The notes below the pieces were generated by a model that was not told where the DNA came from, made no database searches, and saw nothing but the letters and a program-made list of their open reading frames with translations. The position numbers and the translations under genes were made by a program. Source: a virus (lineage: Duplodnaviria > Caudoviricetes). Taken from it: a stretch of DNA of 64,000 nucleotides. Shown here piece after piece: positions 58,312-64,000 of the stretch (its first letter is position 1; each line of letters opens with the position of its first letter). The stretch is from IMG/VR virus record IMGVR_UViG_3300023178_000006, one strand, 5' to 3'.

Positions 58312-58740
58312 ATGGCACTTACATACGAATGGAAAGTCACCGGTGTTAGAAAAACTGACACTGTGAATAGTGAAGGCGCTTCTTTAGAAGGTGCAGTTGT
58401 TCAAACATATTGGGAAGTCCACGGAACTGATGAGAATGGTAACAAAGCTCATTTTTCTGGTGCAACTCCTTTCAGTGCAGCAAACACACCTGCGGGTTCA
58501 TTTGTTGCTTTTGAGGATTTGACTGAAGAAACCGTTCTTAGTTGGATTAAAGCAGTAGTTGAAAACGACCAACCTTATAAAGAACATATCGACGAACGTA
58601 TTCTTTACCAAATTGGTCAAGATGCAGTACAAGATGCACCTATGCCTTGGGCTCCAGAAGATGACCCATTAGTGGCATCGGTCCCAGCAGAAAGTGAAAC
58701 TGTCGAATTAGCCAACACAGACCCAACTGACTCTGAGTAA
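58312..58740 (+). CDS. Small fibre-associated protein, paralogue 1
   Basis: TYEWKV...AVVQTYW...GTDENG...FVAFEDLTEETVLSWI; GGAG RBS; lies directly after the fibre gene. Confidence 0.75.
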   Translation: MALTYEWKVTGVRKTDTVNSEGASLEGAVVQTYWEVHGTDENGNKAHFSGATPFSAANTPAGSFVAFEDLTEETVLSWIKAVVENDQPYKEHIDERILYQIGQDAVQDAPMPWAPEDDPLVASVPAESETVELANTDPTDSE

Positions 58741-58756
58741 TCCCAGGAGATAAGCA

Positions 58757-59089
58757 ATGACTTACACCTGGGAAATACTCTGGCTCGATACGAAAGACGT
58801 TGTTGACCCCAACGGGGTTACGCTGTCGAAAGCAGTTTTAGAAGTTCAATTCAAGAGAGTCGGAACAGATGATGATAGCAATAGATTTGCTATAGGCGGT
58901 GTTGCAGCTTTAAATACTGACGCTTTAGAATCATCTTCATTTATCGCATTTGAATCACTCACAGAAGAACAAGTTCTTAATTGGGTAACAGCTGAAATAG
59001 GTCAAAATAACGTTGATGATTTTGATGCTAGGATTTTAGCTAAGAAAGAAAGATACGGTAAAGTAATGACCGAGGTTCCTTGGTCTTAA
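58757..59089 (+). CDS. Small fibre-associated protein, paralogue 2
   Basis: TYTWEI...AVLEVQF...GTDDDS...FIAFESLTEEQVLNWV...PW; aligns by eye with 58312-58740. Confidence 0.75.
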   Translation: MTYTWEILWLDTKDVVDPNGVTLSKAVLEVQFKRVGTDDDSNRFAIGGVAALNTDALESSSFIAFESLTEEQVLNWVTAEIGQNNVDDFDARILAKKERYGKVMTEVPWS

Positions 59090-59094
59090 AAAAT

Positions 59095-59102
59095 CATAAA
59101 TA
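59095..59102 (+). promoter_or_regulatory. T4-like late promoter variant CATAAATA
   Basis: Intergenic, just upstream of the -35 box at 59107. Confidence 0.5.
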
Positions 59103-59106
59103 ATAG

Positions 59107-59135
59107 TTGACATTTACATAAAACTGTGTTATAAT
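59107..59135 (+). promoter_or_regulatory. Consensus sigma70 (early-type) promoter with extended -10
   Basis: TTGACA (59107-12), 17-nt spacer, TATAAT (59130-35), preceded by TGT. Confidence 0.9.
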
Positions 59136-59173
59136 AACACGTAGAATAGAATGATTTACATCATGGAGAAAAT

Positions 59174-60214
59174 ATGCATGATTTGCGCCGTCACGGTTTA
59201 GTACATTGGGCACTTAAAAGAGGTGCCTCAATTAAACCTATAATCCTACCAAAAGAGCTTACTGGCGAAACAGGAATTATGAATCCCTCTATATTCATAC
59301 ATAGAGGGAAAATTTTATTAAACGTTCGTCACGTAAACTATACACTATACCACTCAGAAGGTAAAAAGTTCCCGCATACTTGGGGACCACTTCAATATAT
59401 TCACCCAGAAAACGATGTATCTTTAACAACACACAATATTATGTGTGAGCTTGATACTGACTTTAATGTGATTCCTACTTCACCTCATCGTATTAAAATG
59501 AATTTAGATACTGGTGAACCTACATGGAATTTTATCGGACTTGAAGATGGAAGATTATTTTCATGGGAAGATAGATTATTCTTATGTGGTGTAAGAAGAG
59601 ATTGTTATGATGACCAAGGTACTGGTCGAATGGATATGGCTGAAATAGAATTTATAGATGGTATATGGCAAGAAGTATCTCGTAATCCCGTTCCAGCTCC
59701 TCCACCAGACAAAACATTCTGTGAAAAGAACTGGATGCCAATTGTTGATATGCCTTGGCACTTTGTGAAATGGTGTAATCCAACTGAAGTTGTAAAATAT
59801 GATATTGATACGAGAACAACTGAAACAGTTCATCTTGACGAGACAAAAAGAATTGACATAAAACGTGATTTACGTGGTGGTACTCAAGTGTATCCTATTG
59901 GTGATGGAAGGCATATGTGTCTTACTCACGAAGTTGATTTAGGTAAAGATATTTTTGCAAGAAAAGACGGACATTATAACCATAGAGTAATCATTTGGGA
60001 TAAAGATTGGAATATTATTAAGTATACTGATGACTTTCACTTCTTAGGGACTCAGAAGGACCCTACGACAGGTTACGATTACAATATTGAATTTGCTACG
60101 GGTATGACCTTTCTAAATGGAGAAGTTATTATCGTATTTGGATACCAAGATAACGGAACGTTCTTATTAAGAATGCCGGATAAACTTTGGTGGGAATTTG
60201 TACAGAGAGGATAA
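59174..60214 (+). CDS. Five-bladed beta-propeller, GH130-like (glycoside phosphorylase/hydrolase or propeller mannosyltransferase)
   Basis: MNPSI...NVRHVNY, GLEDGRLF, EKNWMP, LRGGTQ, THEV...YNHR, IEFATGM, FGYQDN. The NP, EDxR and KN motifs match GH130-type propellers. Confidence 0.65.
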   Translation: MHDLRRHGLVHWALKRGASIKPIILPKELTGETGIMNPSIFIHRGKILLNVRHVNYTLYHSEGKKFPHTWGPLQYIHPENDVSLTTHNIMCELDTDFNVIPTSPHRIKMNLDTGEPTWNFIGLEDGRLFSWEDRLFLCGVRRDCYDDQGTGRMDMAEIEFIDGIWQEVSRNPVPAPPPDKTFCEKNWMPIVDMPWHFVKWCNPTEVVKYDIDTRTTETVHLDETKRIDIKRDLRGGTQVYPIGDGRHMCLTHEVDLGKDIFARKDGHYNHRVIIWDKDWNIIKYTDDFHFLGTQKDPTTGYDYNIEFATGMTFLNGEVIIVFGYQDNGTFLLRMPDKLWWEFVQRG

Positions 60215-60215
60215 G

Positions 60216-61463
60216 ATGCACCAATTACAAGAACTATTAGAAACTCATATACTGGACCCAAAAAATCCAGAGAAATTATTTGAGTTAGCGAAAGAATACG
60301 ATAGATTAGGTCAAGGTGCTATGTCAGTATCTTTGTTTCTTAAGACTGCTGATTTAACAGAAGATAGATTATTACAATATAAATGTCTATGTGGAATTGG
60401 TTTATCTTATGAGAGACAAGGAGGAAGAACATTTACTGTTGAAGGTGCTTTCTTAGATGCAGCTGCTTTAATGCCAGACAGACCAGAAGCTCATTACTTT
60501 TTAGCAAGGATGTATTCTGAACAATCACGACATAAACATTCTTTATATCATTCAAATGCTGGACTTAAAGCTGAAACAGTATTACCTAAACTTGATTATA
60601 TTGGTGACCAATATCCTGGAAGAACCTATATGGCTTTTTATAATACTATTGCAACATGGTATATTGCTGGTCAACAAACTGGAAAGCATAAACTCTTTGA
60701 TTTAAAATATAAAGTTTGGACTGATGATTTTGTTTCTGGAAAGGTAGATAAGATGTTAAGTCAAATATTCTATCCAGATACTATTCCTTATAAAAAGCAT
60801 GATGAACCTAGATTTAAATATCCTTTCCCAGGCTTGCAAGGCGTAATGAGAAATTATTCTAAACACTTTCAAGACCTTTTTGTACTTACTGCTTTTAAAG
60901 GAAAGAGAAATGGTACTTATTTAGAGATTGGTTCAGGTGAACCTATTACACATAACAATACATACTTACTAGAATCTGGATTTGGTTGGAAAGGTATTTC
61001 AATCGATAATGACCCAGGATTGTGTTGTGCTTTTAAAGAAGAAAGAAATAATACAGTAATTTGTGCTGATGCTACAGACATAGGTTTTGAAGACTTATTT
61101 GCAAAACACTGTATTGACCCAGTTATAGATTATTTACAAGTTGATTGTGATGATGTTTCATTACAGATATTAGAAAATATTCCTTTCGATAAACATAAAT
61201 TTGGAGTGATTACATTTGAACATGACGCTTATAGATTAGGAAATGATAACAGAGATAGAGCTCGTGAATTACTAAAGGAGCATGGATATGTTCTAGTAGT
61301 AAGTGATTTAGGATTCCATCCCGAACATGCCTATGAAGATTGGTATATTCACCCAGCCGTTGTAGAGTTTCCTAGAGCAATGGCAACCCCTCAAGATAGA
61401 ATAAATTTTGTGTGGGATTATTTTATGGAACCTTTAACAGAGGAGAATAGTTTAGAGATATGA
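60216..61463 (+). CDS. TPR-domain and FkbM-like SAM-dependent methyltransferase fusion
   Basis: N-terminal TPR-like helices (PDRPEAHYFLARMY). The C-terminal domain reads YSKHFQDLFV...GTYLEIGSGEP..HNNTYLLE..FGWKGISID...IDYLQVDCD...FGVITFEHD...EDWYIHP. Start at ATG 60216 (GAGAGG upstream). Confidence 0.75.
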   Translation: MHQLQELLETHILDPKNPEKLFELAKEYDRLGQGAMSVSLFLKTADLTEDRLLQYKCLCGIGLSYERQGGRTFTVEGAFLDAAALMPDRPEAHYFLARMYSEQSRHKHSLYHSNAGLKAETVLPKLDYIGDQYPGRTYMAFYNTIATWYIAGQQTGKHKLFDLKYKVWTDDFVSGKVDKMLSQIFYPDTIPYKKHDEPRFKYPFPGLQGVMRNYSKHFQDLFVLTAFKGKRNGTYLEIGSGEPITHNNTYLLESGFGWKGISIDNDPGLCCAFKEERNNTVICADATDIGFEDLFAKHCIDPVIDYLQVDCDDVSLQILENIPFDKHKFGVITFEHDAYRLGNDNRDRARELLKEHGYVLVVSDLGFHPEHAYEDWYIHPAVVEFPRAMATPQDRINFVWDYFMEPLTEENSLEI

Positions 61464-62212
61464 TTACAGTGATAGTGACAGGTGGATTTGACCCAATACA
61501 TTCGGGCCATGTTGCTTATTTAAAAGATGCATCATGTTATGGTACACGTTTAGTTGTAGGTGTAAATTCAGATGATTGGTTAAGAAGAAAGAAAGGAAGA
61601 GAGTTCATGCCTTGGGAAGAACGCTCTGAAATTATAAAAGGATTAGCAAGTGTAGATGAAGTAATCGCATTTGATGATTCAGATGGCACAGCAATTGATG
61701 CTATCAAACAAGTTAAAGAAAAATATCCTAACGATAAGATTATATTCGCTAATGGTGGTGATAGAACAAAAGATAACATACCAGAAATGGTGTTCGATGA
61801 TGTTGTCTTTGAATTTGGTGTAGGTGGTGAAGATAAAAAGAACTCAAGTAGTTGGATTCTTAAAGAATGGTCTCAACCTACAGTACAAAGAGCATGGGGA
61901 ACATATACTGTTTTAGATACAAATGGTTCATGGCAAGTTAAAGAACTCGCATTTGACGTAGGAAATAGTCTTAGTGACCAAAGACACTTCGATAGGTCAG
62001 AACACTGGCATGTCGTACAAGGTGAAATTGAAATGAGATTAGAATTTGCTAATGGCGATAAAGAAATTAAAACATATCGTAAAGGTCAAAGTATAGATAT
62101 TCCAGTAAATACGTGGCATAAAGCAATCAATGTAGGTACAGAAACTGCTAAAGTAATTGAAGTTTGGTTAGGAGATAATCTTACAGAAGATGACATCGAA
62201 CGTCGTGATTAG
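61460..62212 (+). CDS. Cytidylyltransferase-like nucleotidyltransferase fused to a mannose-6-phosphate-isomerase type II-like cupin
   Basis: VTGGFDPIHSGH (HxGH), VGVNSDDWL.RKKG, FANGGDR, then RAWGTYTVLD...VKEL...LSDQRHFDRSEHWHVVQG. ATGA overlap with the upstream gene. Confidence 0.85.
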   Translation: MITVIVTGGFDPIHSGHVAYLKDASCYGTRLVVGVNSDDWLRRKKGREFMPWEERSEIIKGLASVDEVIAFDDSDGTAIDAIKQVKEKYPNDKIIFANGGDRTKDNIPEMVFDDVVFEFGVGGEDKKNSSSWILKEWSQPTVQRAWGTYTVLDTNGSWQVKELAFDVGNSLSDQRHFDRSEHWHVVQGEIEMRLEFANGDKEIKTYRKGQSIDIPVNTWHKAINVGTETAKVIEVWLGDNLTEDDIERRD

Positions 62213-62220
62213 TATAAATA
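62213..62220 (+). promoter_or_regulatory. T4-type late promoter TATAAATA
   Basis: Exact consensus directly after the stop at 62212. Confidence 0.8.
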
Positions 62221-62267
62221 GACTTATATAAAATTAAGTTTAACACGCTAATAGTCAGGAGACGAAG

Positions 62268-63215
62268 ATGGCGATTAAAGTCGGCGGTACTACTATTATT
62301 GATAATAGTAGAAACATATCAAATTTAGAAGGTTTTTCAGGCTCGTTCGGAGACTTTAGACCTGAACATTCAGATTTAGGCAATATAACAGGAACTGCAA
62401 CACTAGATTTTTCTGGTGCTCGTGTTAGTAAAGCCACTATGACTGGGGATACAACATTCTCAGAATCAAACAAAATAATTGGTAGAGATAAAGTACTTTA
62501 TATCGATACCAGCGCATCTAGTTATACACCAACATTTTCATCTAACGTAGAATTTCCTAATGGTACACCAACGTGGTCTGGTTATAGACACTGGGTAATA
62601 TCATTTATATGCTGGGGTAACACAGTTGTAAGAGCAACAGCACTAGGTTTTACAGATGCTGGTACACCACAGTCAAACGTTCCGCAACAATTCCTATTAG
62701 ATTCTAATTTTGAAACTTTTAATTTCTTTTCATCCCCAAATTACGCAGAATGTTGGTGCGCAGTAGATTTCGAAAGAGATGATGTAAACAACAGAATTAA
62801 AATAGGAGCTTGGAGTGGTGATTCAAGTGCTATGTCATCAACACAATATACGTACTTAAATTATACTGGGTTAACTGGAATTGATGCTACTACGGGAGTT
62901 CAAGTACAATATAATGTACAATCACAGTCATGTGGTGGTTCTGAATGTAATGCTAACCAATATAGTTTTGGACCAACTCCAGTGAGTGACGGATACAATT
63001 CTGGTACTTATTATAACATGTCAGGATACGTAAGATTTGGTTGGTCTGCGATGGCATTAAATGATGGTGACGACACATACGTATCGGGGAATATGCAATC
63101 AGCAAACCCAGATTTAAGAATTAAAATTGTTGCTAATGAAGGAACTTTCTATTCAACTTGTGAAATGGGAAATATTACTTTGCGAGCTCAAAATGCTGAC
63201 CAACCTACAAAATAG
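62268..63215 (+). CDS. Late protein with conserved N-terminal module and variable C-terminal domain (copy 1)
   Basis: MAIKVGGTTIIDNSRNI...YTPTF...PTWSGYRHWVISFICWGNTVVRATALGF; AGGAG upstream. Confidence 0.75.
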   Translation: MAIKVGGTTIIDNSRNISNLEGFSGSFGDFRPEHSDLGNITGTATLDFSGARVSKATMTGDTTFSESNKIIGRDKVLYIDTSASSYTPTFSSNVEFPNGTPTWSGYRHWVISFICWGNTVVRATALGFTDAGTPQSNVPQQFLLDSNFETFNFFSSPNYAECWCAVDFERDDVNNRIKIGAWSGDSSAMSSTQYTYLNYTGLTGIDATTGVQVQYNVQSQSCGGSECNANQYSFGPTPVSDGYNSGTYYNMSGYVRFGWSAMALNDGDDTYVSGNMQSANPDLRIKIVANEGTFYSTCEMGNITLRAQNADQPTK

Positions 63216-63224
63216 GATATTAAT

Positions 63225-64000
63225 ATGGCAATTAAAGTAGACACAGTAGAAGTATTATCAAACGGATATGCATTAAGTAATATTGTTAATGCTACTGGAG
63301 TATACAGTGATTTATTTCCAGATGGACAAGCTATTGGAACTACTATCGACATGGATGTACCTCTACAAACAAAGGTACTAGGTGCAGCAACTACATTTAC
63401 ATTTTCAAATATTGCAACAGGAAAACAATGTGTATTACTTTTAGATTTAAGTTCTGATGGGTATGCACCTACTTTTCCTTCGGGGACAGGGTGGCCAGAA
63501 GAAACTGAACCTTCTTGGACAGGAACAAGATATTGGCAAGTTTGTTTTACTGCATGGGATAACACAACTGTAAGAGCGATTGCAACAGGATATTCGGGTG
63601 CTGGAACAAATGCGGCAAATGTTGATTTAGGAGCTAACTTTACCTCATATGTAAGTGCTTCAGGTCAATTCGCAGAAGCAGTATGTAGATTTAATATGAA
63701 CAATGATGGTACTATGAACACTAACAGTAGTGGTAGTACTGGTAGCGGTGGTTCTTCTGGATTAATAAGTAGGACGTGGTTAGCTTCAGGAAGTGCTTCA
63801 GATTATGACATTAAGTGGGACGGAACAGGCGCTACAAGTAAATTAACAACGAATCCTGGACTTGGAACCTGGTTAAATTTAGGTACTACGAGAACTTGGG
63901 TAATAGAAGATGATGATATAGGTGAAGGAAATGTTCACTCAGTTTCAGGTACTCTTTCAATTAGAGACGCTACAACCCAATCTGTTATAGACACATGTAC
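63225..64000 (+). CDS. Paralogue of 62268-63215 (copy 2), 3'-truncated by the window edge
   Basis: Not in the ORF track because there is no stop in the window. Manual translation is open to the end: MAIKVDTVEVLSNG...YAPTF...PSWTGTRYWQVCFTAWDNTTVRAIATGY... Confidence 0.8.
   Translation, partial: MAIKVDTVEVLSNGYALSNIVNATGVYSDLFPDGQAIGTTIDMDVPLQTKVLGAATTFTFSNIATGKQCVLLLDLSSDGYAPTFPSGTGWPEETEPSWTGTRYWQVCFTAWDNTTVRAIATGYSGAGTNAANVDLGANFTSYVSASGQFAEAVCRFNMNNDGTMNTNSSGSTGSGGSSGLISRTWLASGSASDYDIKWDGTGATSKLTTNPGLGTWLNLGTTRTWVIEDDDIGEGNVHSVSGTLSIRDATTQSVIDTC

Noticed and set aside
1-64000. Stop-codon reassignment, introns/inteins, tRNA or rRNA genes
   Set aside because: Genes are long and abut under the standard code, no homing-endonuclease or intein motifs were recognised, and the intergenic gaps are mostly too short and show no cloverleaf.
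1-64000. Assigning a cyanobacterial host because of the phycobiliprotein-like repeats
   Set aside because: No photosynthesis or host-marker genes are in the window, and similar structural modules occur in T4-like phages of other hosts.

Overview
This 64 kb window is the baseplate and tail-fibre region of a large, AT-rich T4-like myovirus. All credible genes are on the + strand, and the host cannot be assigned from the window. Gene order: gp48 (5'-truncated), a gp53 split into two ORFs, a hub protein, gp5 without a lysozyme domain, an M15-like peptidase protein, gp25, gp6, gp7, an inserted cassette (YHYH protein, gp9-like/cupredoxin protein, subtilisin-cupredoxin), gp8 and a VrlC/DUF4815-like protein. 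About 35 kb of very large fibre/appendage genes follow (3388 aa, a 1767 aa collagen-like protein, 1341 aa, 936 aa, about 3440 aa), and three fibre genes end in S74 autocleaving chaperones. The window ends with two small paralogues, a three-gene sugar-modification cluster under a consensus sigma70 promoter, and two paralogous proteins with a shared N-terminus and variable C-termini. NATAAATA late-promoter motifs sit in most larger intergenic gaps. The most striking observation is that the 3388-aa protein (24566-34732) carries 11 intact and 1 degenerate ~140-160 aa helical repeats centred on [K/A/D]-C-x-R-D. This resembles the bilin-attachment helix (Cys84/Arg86/Asp87) of phycobiliproteins and suggests a possibly chromophore-bearing virion protein. 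All family assignments come from motif recognition by eye; no database searches were run.
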